From the NCBI GenBank assembly GCA_910585065.1, contig CAJUCG010000001.1, positions 1 through 61,128 on the forward strand: a stretch of 61,128 nucleotides of DNA, in the 5' to 3' direction. The number at the start of each line of letters is the position of its first letter. The stretch's first letter is position 1. Source of the DNA: an uncultured Lachnospiraceae bacterium. Lineage in GTDB: Bacteria > Bacillota > Clostridia > Lachnospirales > Lachnospiraceae. The notes under the pieces were generated by a model. It ran no database searches. It saw only the letters and a program-made list of their open reading frames with translations, and was not told the origin of the DNA. A program made the position numbers and the translations under genes. Shown here piece after piece: positions 52,600-61,128 of the stretch.

Positions 52600-53703
52600 T
52601 TAACTCTCCCGCCCCGTCCGTGCGTAATAATTTCCCGCGGGTGAATAAATTAACCCCTTCGCCTCAAGGGAAAACAATATTTTCATCAGTTCCGGAAGCG
52701 GAAATTCCACCGAAAAAAGAATTTCCTCAATATGCCTCGGTTCCAAACGCAAATAAGCATACACTATTTTTTCTGCGTCTTCAAGTAGAAATTTATTTTT
52801 TTCCAATTTCTTTAGATTTTGGCTTTCCGGATAGTGTTTCAAAAGCTCAAATAAAATATCCCCACTCCCCATTACCATGTACGCGCCCTGTCTAATCAAT
52901 TCATTGCATCCCTCGCTTAGCGGCTCGCCAATCCTTCCGGGACGGGCAAATACATCTCTGCCCTGCTCTAGGGCGCACTCCACCGTGATTAACGTCCCGC
53001 TCTTTTTTCTTGCCTCCACCACCACAAGCCCATCTGCCAGACCGGAAAGAATGCGGTTTCGCATCGGAAAATGCCAGGCAGTGCCAGGGGAGCCAGGTGC
53101 ATATTCCGATATGAGCCCTCCTTTTTGGATAAGTTCTTCAAATAAGGAAAAATTTTCTATGGGATAACAGAGATCCACCCCGCAGCCAAGTACCGCAAAG
53201 CTCTTTCCAAAGCTAAGTGCTGCCCTCTGGGCATGTCCATCCACTCCCCTTGCCATACCGCTGATAATCTGAACTCCCGCGCCCGCAAGCTCCTCCGCAA
53301 GCATCTGCGCAATTCCCCTTCCGTAGGAGGAACATTCCCTCGCCCCGACAATCGCCACGGAGGGCTTTTCCTCAGAAGGCAATTCTCCCCGGTAAAACAA
53401 GAAATCAGGCGCGCCCGGAATATTCTTTAGACGCTCTGGAAACGCCGCCTCATCCTTTGTTACAAAATATATGTGCCTCTCCTGCAATTTATGAAATTCT
53501 TCTAACACACCCCTTCGATAGCGCGGATTCAGCAATGCACGCACGGCTTTCTCTGAAATTCCTGCCCTTTTAAGTTCGTTCTCCTTCGCACAAAAAATTT
53601 CCTGCGCACTCCCGAATACATCAAGAAGTTTTGCGCGCGCACTGCCCCCGACTTCCTCCACCTTTGCCAGCCAGTACCAGTACTGCTTTTCTTTTTTATC
53701 CAT
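52600..53703 (-). CDS. dprA: DNA-processing protein DprA
   Basis: Rossmann-like core VAIVGARECSSYG...SGMARGVDG... Confidence 0.9.
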   Translation of the reverse strand: MDKKEKQYWYWLAKVEEVGGSARAKLLDVFGSAQEIFCAKENELKRAGISEKAVRALLNPRYRRGVLEEFHKLQERHIYFVTKDEAAFPERLKNIPGAPDFLFYRGELPSEEKPSVAIVGARECSSYGRGIAQMLAEELAGAGVQIISGMARGVDGHAQRAALSFGKSFAVLGCGVDLCYPIENFSLFEELIQKGGLISEYAPGSPGTAWHFPMRNRILSGLADGLVVVEARKKSGTLITVECALEQGRDVFARPGRIGEPLSEGCNELIRQGAYMVMGSGDILFELLKHYPESQNLKKLEKNKFLLEDAEKIVYAYLRLEPRHIEEILFSVEFPLPELMKILFSLEAKGLIYSPAGNYYARTGRES

Positions 53704-53723
53704 TTTTAATTCCCTTCCCCACC

Positions 53724-55226
53724 CTACACAAAATTTCGATATCCGATCGCCTCGTACAAATGCTCTTCTCCGATCGCCTCCGCCCCATCCATATCCGCGA
53801 TTGTCCGCGCTACTTTAATGATGCGGTGGTAGGCACGCGCACTTAAACTGTAACGAAAGAATGCCTCTTTTAAAACTTCCTCCCCGGCGGCGTTAAGTGC
53901 GCAAAAATGTGCAAGCTCGCCCGCCGAAAGTTCGGCGTTCGTCATTATCCCAAGCCCCGCATAGCGATCTTTTTGCCTCTGTCTTGCGCGCATAACCCGC
54001 GCGCGAATCACAGCGGAAGATTCCTCCTTTTTCTTTGTTGTAAGCTCCTCGTAACGCACCGGAGCCAACTGCAAAAACAGATCGATCCGGTCTAAAAGTG
54101 CGCGGCTGATTTTCCCCTGATACCGGCGAATCTGTACCTCGCTGCACCGGCATTTTCTCCTGTCCGGATAAGCTCCGCAGGGACAGGGATTCATCGCTGC
54201 CACAAACATAAACGATGCCGGATAATCACAGCGGTCCGCCACGCGGTTCACCGTGATCTCGCGCTCTTCTAAGGGCTGGCGCAATAATTCCACTGTCCGC
54301 CTCTCAAATTCCGGCAGCTCGTCGAGAAATAATACCCCATATGTTGCAAGGCTTACTTCCCCGGGTTTTGGGTGCTTTCCGCCGCCCGCCATCGCGCTGG
54401 GTGTGATCGAGTGATGCGGTGCTAAAAACGGGCGATTTTTCATTAGCCCACCGCCCGTCATCCGCCCGGATACACTGTAAATTTTTGACAATTGCAGACT
54501 TTCCTCCTTTGTCAGCTCCGGCATAATCGAGGGGATACACTTTGCAAGCATAGTCTTTCCTGCCCCTGGACTTCCCATAAAAAGTAGATTATGTCCGCCG
54601 CAGACCGCGATCTCGATCGCGCGTTTTGCCGCTTTTTGCCCGCAGATCTCCGCGAAATCCGGCAATTTTTCCCCCTCGTTTTCCGTGAAAATTTCCTCAT
54701 CTTTTTTAGGAATTTCCCCGCTTGACAAAAAGCGAAGCACCTCGGATAAAGACTTGCACCCCACCGCGCAAATTCCCTCCACCAACGCTGCTTCCGCATG
54801 GTTTTTTGCGGGAACAACAAGTGTCTTTATCCCGTTCTCCCTTGCGCAGCAGGCGATTGGAAGAATCCCACTCACCGGATTTAATCCACCGTCAAGACTT
54901 AGTTCTCCTGCAAACATTATCTGTTCCATTGATTTTTCAGATAGTTGACCGGACGCGGTCAGAATCGCAATTGCAATTGCAAGATCAAATGCTGTGCCCT
55001 CCTTGCGAACATCGGCTGGCGAGAGATTCACCGTAATTTTTTTTGGCGGAAGTATAATCCCAGTATTGCAGATCGCCACCCGCACCCGCTCCTTTGCCTC
55101 CCTTAGCTCGGACGCAAGGAACCCGACCAGTTCAAACCCCGGAAGTCCACCGTTTACATCCGCTTCCACCTGAACTAACAGCGCGTCAATCCCATGGATT
55201 GCTGCCGCATATGTTTTTGAAAACAT
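53724..55226 (-). CDS. comM: YifB/ComM family Mg-chelatase-like AAA+ ATPase
   Basis: Lon-like N-terminal domain, Walker A MGSPGAGKTM, VLFLDELPEF, and a C-terminal Mg_chelatase_C. Confidence 0.9.
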   Translation of the reverse strand: MFSKTYAAAIHGIDALLVQVEADVNGGLPGFELVGFLASELREAKERVRVAICNTGIILPPKKITVNLSPADVRKEGTAFDLAIAIAILTASGQLSEKSMEQIMFAGELSLDGGLNPVSGILPIACCARENGIKTLVVPAKNHAEAALVEGICAVGCKSLSEVLRFLSSGEIPKKDEEIFTENEGEKLPDFAEICGQKAAKRAIEIAVCGGHNLLFMGSPGAGKTMLAKCIPSIMPELTKEESLQLSKIYSVSGRMTGGGLMKNRPFLAPHHSITPSAMAGGGKHPKPGEVSLATYGVLFLDELPEFERRTVELLRQPLEEREITVNRVADRCDYPASFMFVAAMNPCPCGAYPDRRKCRCSEVQIRRYQGKISRALLDRIDLFLQLAPVRYEELTTKKKEESSAVIRARVMRARQRQKDRYAGLGIMTNAELSAGELAHFCALNAAGEEVLKEAFFRYSLSARAYHRIIKVARTIADMDGAEAIGEEHLYEAIGYRNFV

Positions 55227-55410
55227 TCTGACTCCTTCCTCTCTCCAGAAGAATTGTCAGACATAGTATATCTGATTTTTTTCCTGTGTACAAGTAAAAA
55301 GCATCTGTTTGTTTTTGGATAGTCTGCACAAATTTCCTTTGTGTGCAATTTTGGGGTGCGTGCTGCTGGCAGTTATCTTCCCTGTATGTTTATGCACTCA
55401 CATCCCCGCG

Positions 55411-55440
55411 CAAAAAAACGGTCTGCCACAGCAGACCGCA
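55411..55440 (-). terminator. Rho-independent terminator after nrdR
   Basis: Minus strand CGGUCUGC-UGUG-GCAGACCG followed by UUUUUUU. Confidence 0.7.
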
Positions 55441-55479
55441 GGGATTGTATTTCCACTAAAATAAAGTCTTTCTCCTGAT

Positions 55480-55929
55480 TTATTCAAGAATCTTCTTTAG
55501 CTCATCCATAAAAGTATTTATATCTTTAAATTCCCGGTAAACCGAGGCAAAGCGTACATAGGCAACCTGGTCTAAGACTTTCAAACGCTCCATCAAAAGC
55601 TCCCCGATCTTATAACTTGGGATCTCCTTTTCCTCCATACTAAAAATAATATTTTCCACCTCGTCCATCAACGCTGTAATCTGATCGTAGGAAACAGGTC
55701 TTTTATGACAGGAGCGCACAATGCCGGTTTCTAGTTTTTCGCGGCTGTAAGGCTCCCGGTTATTATCCTTTTTAATCACCATAAACGGGAGCATCTCGAT
55801 TTTTTCATAGGTAGTAAAACGTTTCTGGCAGGTATCACACTGCCTTCTGCGCCGAATAGAATTTGAATCGTCCGCCGGTCTTGAATCCACCACTCTCGTA
55901 TTTTCTTTTCCGCAAAATGGACATTTCAT
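55480..55929 (-). CDS. nrdR: Transcriptional repressor NrdR
   Basis: MKCPFCGKENTRVVDSRPADDSNSIRRRRQCDTCQKRFTTYE zinc ribbon plus an ATP-cone. Confidence 0.95.
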   Translation of the reverse strand: MKCPFCGKENTRVVDSRPADDSNSIRRRRQCDTCQKRFTTYEKIEMLPFMVIKKDNNREPYSREKLETGIVRSCHKRPVSYDQITALMDEVENIIFSMEEKEIPSYKIGELLMERLKVLDQVAYVRFASVYREFKDINTFMDELKKILE

Positions 55930-56116
55930 TAGATCCCTCCTTTTTCTCGAAACTCTCTTTATCCTTAATTTTCAGGCTCATTATAATATACAGTGCCCTG
56001 AATGGTCAAGAAAAAGTTTCTGCCGGTGCGATTGCAGGAGGAAAGTTTTTGTCATTTTGGTTCTAAAAAAATCCATTGCGCGATACAATATAAAAAATCC
56101 CCAAAAAGGAGCGGTC

Positions 56117-56380
56117 ATGCGACTCTCGGAACTGCGTGAAAAAGAAGTAATCAATTGCCGCGATTGCGAGCGGCTCGGCTACCCGAATGATCTCGCCTTC
56201 GATGTGCGAAACGGGTGCCTGGAAGCACTGATTGTGCCAGGACCATGCAAATTATTTGGTCTTTTAGGGCACGAGCAGGAATACATTATCCCGTGGAAAT
56301 GCATCCGTCAGATCGGCAGCGATATTATTTTAGTTGATATCCGGACAGAGGACTGTCTAAGAAAACCCCCGGAAGAATAG
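56117..56380 (+). CDS. ylmC: YlmC/YmxH family sporulation protein (PRC-barrel)
   Basis: MRLSELREKEVINCRDCERLGY...IIPWKCIRQIGSDIILVD. The ATG at 56117 follows AAGGAG. Confidence 0.8.
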   Translation: MRLSELREKEVINCRDCERLGYPNDLAFDVRNGCLEALIVPGPCKLFGLLGHEQEYIIPWKCIRQIGSDIILVDIRTEDCLRKPPEE

Positions 56381-56382
56381 AA

Positions 56383-57774
56383 TTATTTTCCACCTGCCGC
56401 GTCAATCACCCACATCAGTGCCTGCTTTGGCTGTAAGTCGCCGTCAAAAAATCTTGAGTATTCCTTGTTGTCCGGATAGAGCATATACTCATCCATCAAT
56501 CCAAATACGGTTACACTTGTAATATTTGCCGGACCGCCATTATCCGAATCCAACTCCATCAAAAGCTGAAACATTTCCTTGTAGCGCATCGCCTGAATCA
56601 AGAGTGCGCGCTCGTCCGGCTCGTCGATATTGATGGTAAGTTCCGTGATCTGAATCTCAAGTCCAAGCTCTGAAAAATTCTCGATCGCAGCCTGTACGCT
56701 CCCGGTTCTTCCTTTGATATCCGGATTTTTCCGGTCGTAATAAGACTGCATTCCAACGCCGTCCACCAACCCTTTAGATGAGAGATCGGCGAGCAGTGCG
56801 CAGATCTTTTCGTTTTTTACTGGCTGGAAGGTATTGTAATCATTATAAAAAAGTTTTACCCCCTCCGGCGCGTATTTGCGCGCGTAGGTAAAGGCTTTTT
56901 CCACGTAGTCCGCGCCAATCACGGTATACCACAAATTTTCTTCATCCCCGTTGTAGGTGCGGATGCAGTACCCTGTCTCATCCTCGTGCATCCCCGCACC
57001 CGGCTCGACGGCCTCGTTGACTACATCCCAGCAATATACCACGCCCGGATAATTTTCTTCCACAAAGCCGATCACCTGCGCGATATAGCTCTCCATACGT
57101 CCAAGCATTGTATCCCTGTCCACAAGCGGGGCATCGTCCTCATACCCCTCGCGGAAAAACCAGCCCGGCACCTGAGTATGCCAGACTAAGGTATGCCCTC
57201 TCATCCCGATCCCGTTCTCCTTGCAAAAATCCAGTGCATCAATACAGGCATCAAATTTTACCGCGGGCGTTTCCACCCCATCCTTTATATTTTGAATGCT
57301 TCCCTTCTGGTCAAGCAGATAGGACGGCTTCATTAAATTAGTCAATGTAGTGCTGTTAAAATGGTATTTTACTACTTCTGACATCGCCTCGGAGGTTGTC
57401 ATCATTACCTCCGGCGCGTAGCCAGTTAATCCGACTCCCATTTTAAAGTACGGTGCGTAAAGATCTTTTAGCGAGGCGATCGAAGTGGCCGAACCAATAT
57501 CCTTTCCCTCGATGATCCGTTCGGGAACTAGCGTTGGCTCTACGGTAGTGGGAATATTTTCCTCTCCCTCTGCACTCGGTGTTGGCTTTTCCGCACCGGA
57601 AACTTCCCCATTTTGTTCCCCGCCTAAATCTTTCTCGCTCTGTTCTTCATCGGAATCTTCTTTATTTTGCTCCTGCCCCGGCATTTTCGTCGGCACTTCG
57701 TTTTCCTGCTTCTGTTCCCTACACGCTGACAAAAAAAGCATCCCCGCCAGCCCGACATACCACCATTTTTTCAT
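56383..57774 (-). CDS. GH10 endo-1,4-beta-xylanase, lipoprotein
   Basis: Lipobox LSAC, an acidic low-complexity linker, and a GH10 core with GHTLVWHTQVPGWF, WDVVNEAV (acid/base Glu) and IQITELTI (nucleophile Glu). Confidence 0.85.
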   Translation of the reverse strand: MKKWWYVGLAGMLFLSACREQKQENEVPTKMPGQEQNKEDSDEEQSEKDLGGEQNGEVSGAEKPTPSAEGEENIPTTVEPTLVPERIIEGKDIGSATSIASLKDLYAPYFKMGVGLTGYAPEVMMTTSEAMSEVVKYHFNSTTLTNLMKPSYLLDQKGSIQNIKDGVETPAVKFDACIDALDFCKENGIGMRGHTLVWHTQVPGWFFREGYEDDAPLVDRDTMLGRMESYIAQVIGFVEENYPGVVYCWDVVNEAVEPGAGMHEDETGYCIRTYNGDEENLWYTVIGADYVEKAFTYARKYAPEGVKLFYNDYNTFQPVKNEKICALLADLSSKGLVDGVGMQSYYDRKNPDIKGRTGSVQAAIENFSELGLEIQITELTINIDEPDERALLIQAMRYKEMFQLLMELDSDNGGPANITSVTVFGLMDEYMLYPDNKEYSRFFDGDLQPKQALMWVIDAAGGK

Positions 57775-57791
57775 TGATACTCCCTCTATTC

Positions 57792-58433
57792 TTATATCAG
57801 ATCTGCAATATCAAGATTTTCTCCGCTAATTCCAATTACTGCGCCCTGTTTTGCCTCGTCGGTATCCGGATGTGCAATTAGCCATTTATTTAATGCAAAC
57901 AGTCGTTTATCCTCCTCGTTCTTGCAGACAATTTCCGGCTTGTCCCCGTTTGTACCTCTCGGCAGCACAATCGCCACGCGGAACGGTTCACCCTTCTTCC
58001 CGCTGCAAGGTGCGTAGTGCATGGTGGTTGCGTACAGCTCCACCGCCGTTCCCCTCTCCATCAAAAACGCTTCCACCTTTGAAGAGTCAAGCGGTCCTTC
58101 TGCCGCATCCTGCTGCCTTGCCACCAATAAGACCGCGTCATTTGCAGCAATATTTATCTCGCTGTCCTTATGATATTCCAAACAATTTAATTTTGTGTTT
58201 GTGCCATTGCAGTAGCCAATTTGAATTGGCAGACCGCCATAGCAGTTATTCTTCAGTTCCTCCGCCACGCTAAGTGCCTCCAGATTCGCATCCGAGGCAA
58301 CATAGATCACATGATTTGGTGCTGGTGTTGTCCTTGTCAGCACATCCAAAAACTCCGTGAAATCAAATCCCTCTACCACGCGCCCATACGTCCGAAACGA
58401 CTCGTCTTTTACATTCTGAATTTTCAGTCCCAT
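57792..58433 (-). CDS. DUF4867 family protein
   Basis: MGLKIQNVKDESFRTYGRVVEGFDF... cupin-like. The ATG at 58433 follows AAGGAG. The family call is from memory. Confidence 0.6.
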   Translation of the reverse strand: MGLKIQNVKDESFRTYGRVVEGFDFTEFLDVLTRTTPAPNHVIYVASDANLEALSVAEELKNNCYGGLPIQIGYCNGTNTKLNCLEYHKDSEINIAANDAVLLVARQQDAAEGPLDSSKVEAFLMERGTAVELYATTMHYAPCSGKKGEPFRVAIVLPRGTNGDKPEIVCKNEEDKRLFALNKWLIAHPDTDEAKQGAVIGISGENLDIADLI

Positions 58434-58500
58434 AAAATACTCCTTTTCTGCGAAATTCCGCTCAATTTTTATGTTATAGCAATGCCTATCTCTATCATAC

Positions 58501-58542
58501 AAAAAACCGCACGATTTTTCAACTCAGATCGTGCGGTTTTTT
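58501..58542 (-). terminator. Rho-independent (bidirectional-looking) terminator after fhs
   Basis: AAAAAACCGCACGAU-12 nt-AUCGUGCGGUUUUUU. Confidence 0.75.
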
Positions 58543-58568
58543 GTGCAAAATAAGCGATCCCTGTGAAC

Positions 58569-60239
58569 TTAAAATAGTCCTGTAATCTTTCCATCCTCGT
58601 CCACATCAATGCGCCAGGCAGCAGGTGATTTTGAAAGCCCCGGCATGGTCACAATCGTGCCCGTAAGTGCCACTACAAAACCCGCGCCCGCCGATACATA
58701 GACCTCCCGCACATGGACAGTAAAGCCCGTCGGTCTCCCAAGCTTTGTCGGATCATCCGAAAGCGAATACTGATTCTTTGCAATGCAGACCGGGAAATTT
58801 CCAAATCCCATCTGTTCAATCTTTTTTAATTGTTTTTCTGCCGCTGGCTCAAAATCTACATCTTCGGCTCCGTAAATTTCCTTTGCCACCGTCCGTATTT
58901 TCATCGCAAGCGGCATTTCGTCCGGATAGATCGGCGCGAAATTAGAAACTTTTTCCCCCAACGTCTTTATTATCTTCTCTGCCAGCTTAATTCCGCCCAT
59001 ACCGCCCTCTTCCCAAACTTTAGAAAGCGCGAACTCACAGCCCTTTTTCTCGCAGAATTCCTCTACATACATTAACTCTGCCTCCGTGTCGCTTACAAAT
59101 TGATTCAGCGTTACAATGCAGGGAACTCCAAATTTTTTAATATTTTCGATATGCTTTTCCAGATTGACAATTCCTTTTGCAAGTGCGGCAATGTTTTCCT
59201 CGGAAAGGTTCTCCTTCTTCGCGCCCCCATTATATTTTAGTGCGCGCACAGTCGCCACAAGCACAACTGCATCCGGCTTTAATTTTGCTATACGGCATTT
59301 GATATCAAAAAATTTCTCCGCGCCCAAATCCGCGCCAAAGCCCGCTTCCGTAATCACATAGTCCGCAAGTTTTAGAGCCGTCTTTGTCGCGCGGACCGAA
59401 TTGCAGCCGTGCGCAATATTCGCAAATGGTCCCCCGTGTACGATCGCTGGAGTATTTTCAAGCGTCTGCACCAAATTCGGGCGGATTGCGTCCCGTAACA
59501 GTGCCGCCATCGCACCCACCGCCTTTAAATCTCCCGCCGTCACTGGGTCGCCGTCATAGGTGTAGGCGACAATAATCTTTGCCAGACGCTTTTTTAAATC
59601 CGCCATATCCTCCGCCAGACACAGAATCGCCATAATCTCTGATGCGACAGTGATTACAAAATGATCCTCCCTAACTACGCCGTCCATTTTATTTCCCAGT
59701 CCAATCACAATATTTCGCAGTGCGCGGTCATTCATATCCTCACATCGCTTCCAGACCACCTGCTTTGGATCAATACAAAGTGCGTTGCCCTGCTGCAAAT
59801 GGTTGTCAAGCAGTGCTGCAAGCAGATTGTTCGCGGAGGTAATCGCGTGAAAATCCCCCGTAAAATGAAGATTTAAGTCCTCCATCGGCACCACCTGCGC
59901 CATCCCTCCTCCGGCCGCACCTCCCTTAATACCAAAACAAGGTCCTAGAGAAGGCTCCCTCAGCGCGATCACCGCCCTCCTGTCGAGTTTGGCAAAGGCC
60001 TGCCCAAGCCCAACTGTCGTGGTAGTCTTGCCCTCGCCCGCTGGGGTCGGATTGATTGCCGTCACCAATATAAGCTTTCCATCTGGATTTTTCGCAATCT
60101 TTTCATCAAGTGAATCTGCAAATTTTGCCTTGTACTTTCCATAAAATTCCAAATCATTCTCAGAAATAGAAAGCCCCGCCGCCACCTCCCCGATCGGCAG
60201 CATCTTCGCCCCCTGTGCAATTTCAATATCTGTTTTCAT
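58569..60239 (-). CDS. fhs: Formate-tetrahydrofolate ligase
   Basis: MKTDIEIAQ..., [15 protein letters not shown] and [18 protein letters not shown]. Confidence 0.95.
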   Translation of the reverse strand: MKTDIEIAQGAKMLPIGEVAAGLSISENDLEFYGKYKAKFADSLDEKIAKNPDGKLILVTAINPTPAGEGKTTTTVGLGQAFAKLDRRAVIALREPSLGPCFGIKGGAAGGGMAQVVPMEDLNLHFTGDFHAITSANNLLAALLDNHLQQGNALCIDPKQVVWKRCEDMNDRALRNIVIGLGNKMDGVVREDHFVITVASEIMAILCLAEDMADLKKRLAKIIVAYTYDGDPVTAGDLKAVGAMAALLRDAIRPNLVQTLENTPAIVHGGPFANIAHGCNSVRATKTALKLADYVITEAGFGADLGAEKFFDIKCRIAKLKPDAVVLVATVRALKYNGGAKKENLSEENIAALAKGIVNLEKHIENIKKFGVPCIVTLNQFVSDTEAELMYVEEFCEKKGCEFALSKVWEEGGMGGIKLAEKIIKTLGEKVSNFAPIYPDEMPLAMKIRTVAKEIYGAEDVDFEPAAEKQLKKIEQMGFGNFPVCIAKNQYSLSDDPTKLGRPTGFTVHVREVYVSAGAGFVVALTGTIVTMPGLSKSPAAWRIDVDEDGKITGLF

Positions 60240-60310
60240 CGCGGTACTCCTCCTGAATCTTTGATATCCCGATTATAGCAGAAAAAAGAAACAAAAGAAA
60301 GCCCTAGATT

Positions 60311-61051
60311 TTAACTGCTTACACTCATCTCCTTTTTTAGCCGTTTCATAATTTTTTTCTCCAGCCTTGATATGTAGGACTGCGAGATCCCAAGCAGATC
60401 TGCAACTTCCTTTTGTGTGCGCTCTCTTCCGTCGTTTGTCCCGATTCCAAAACGGAGCTGCACAATAATTTTCTCCCGATCCTCCAGCTTTTCAAGTGCT
60501 TTGTAAAGCTGCTTTTTATCTGCCTCCGCCTCAATACTGCGATAAATTCCATCCTCCTCCGTGCCCAAAATATCGGAGAGCAGCAATTCATTTCCGTCCC
60601 AATCCACATTTAACGGCTCGTCAATCGAAACCTCCTGCTTAATCTTGTTATTGCGCCGCAGATACATTAAAATCTCATTCTCAATACAGCGCGATGCATA
60701 GGTTGCAAATTTGATCTTCTTCTCCGGATTAAAGGTGTTGATTGCCTTCATCAGCCCGATCGTTCCGATCGAGATCAGATCTTCCACCCCAACCCCCGTA
60801 TTATCAAATTTCTTTGCGATATAGACAACAAGGCGCAGATTATGTTTTGCTAAAATCGCGCGCGCAGTCGCGTCCTCTGATGTTCCCAAAAGCAAGAGTA
60901 CATCCGATTCCTGACTTGTAGTAAGCGGCGCGGGCAAAATCTCTGCTCCGCCGATATAGTGGATCTCCCCCCTCTTCCCAAACAGCATACTAAATAGATT
61001 CGGTTTTAAACGAACCTGAAATTTGTTTGCCCAAACGATCTTAAACAGCAT
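60311..61051 (-). CDS. sigE: Sporulation sigma factor SigE (pro-sigma-E)
   Basis: Pro-sequence then [69 protein letters not shown] and [19 protein letters not shown]. This is near-identical in pattern to B. subtilis SigE and not to SigK. Confidence 0.9.
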   Translation of the reverse strand: MLFKIVWANKFQVRLKPNLFSMLFGKRGEIHYIGGAEILPAPLTTSQESDVLLLLGTSEDATARAILAKHNLRLVVYIAKKFDNTGVGVEDLISIGTIGLMKAINTFNPEKKIKFATYASRCIENEILMYLRRNNKIKQEVSIDEPLNVDWDGNELLLSDILGTEEDGIYRSIEAEADKKQLYKALEKLEDREKIIVQLRFGIGTNDGRERTQKEVADLLGISQSYISRLEKKIMKRLKKEMSVSS

Positions 61052-61128
61052 AATCCCCTTTCCTTTCCTTTCAAATTTCTCTCTTCCAAAACTTTTGCGA
61101 AAATATTTTTTCCTTACGGAAAAAAGTC

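Noticed and set aside
61071-61128. A possible 3' end of spoIIGA upstream of sigE, and an AT-rich hairpin UUUUUUCC-UUAC-GGAAAAAA at 61106..61125.
   Set aside because: Only 19 codons are visible, too little to identify. The hairpin has just two G-C pairs, so it was not called as a terminator.
1-61128. Mobile elements, prophage, integrative island or defence system (RM, TA, Abi, retron, CBASS and similar).
   Set aside because: No integrase, transposase, recombinase, tRNA or long terminal repeat is present, and no nuclease, helicase or reverse-transcriptase signature. The only accessory-looking block (1..11.7 kb) consists of metabolic, transport and cofactor genes plus the sigma-28 unit reported above.

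Overview
The window looks like a Firmicutes/Clostridia chromosome segment, probably Lachnospiraceae-like. Pointers are sigE, codY, a Bacillus-type fla/che layout, and a THF riboswitch close to the Eubacterium siraeum type. Almost all genes are on the minus strand.

The core (13.7-49.3 kb) is one co-directional flagellar/chemotaxis super-operon of about 40 genes: flgB-flgC-fliE-fliF-fliG-fliH-fliI-fliJ-ylxF-fliK-flgD-(TIGR02530)-flgE-flbD-motA-motB-fliL-fliM-fliY-cheY-fliO-fliP-fliQ-fliR-flhB-flhA-flhF-flhG-PilZ-cheB-cheA-cheW-cheC-cheD-(small membrane protein)-fliA/sigD-fapA, followed by three uncharacterised tail genes. It keeps the B. subtilis neighbourhood, with comM-dprA-topA-codY upstream and rpsB-tsf downstream.

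The right end carries nrdR, ylmC, a GH10 xylanase lipoprotein, DUF4867, fhs and sigE. The left 11.7 kb is the accessory-looking part:
- VOC-family protein
- THF-riboswitch-controlled, enlarged FolT-like transporter
- MocR regulator
- apbE/NusG-II/Gx-transporter operon
- larE-larB-larC with no larA
- a two-gene operon of unknown function (441-aa protein plus DUF3793)

The best lead is that last operon. It sits behind a zero-mismatch sigma-28 (SigD/FliA) consensus promoter and a roughly 220-nt structured leader, so it is a candidate undescribed motility-linked module.

I saw no rRNA, tRNA, CRISPR array, transposase, integrase or recognisable defence system. All family assignments come from reading the translated ORFs by eye. 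No database search was run.
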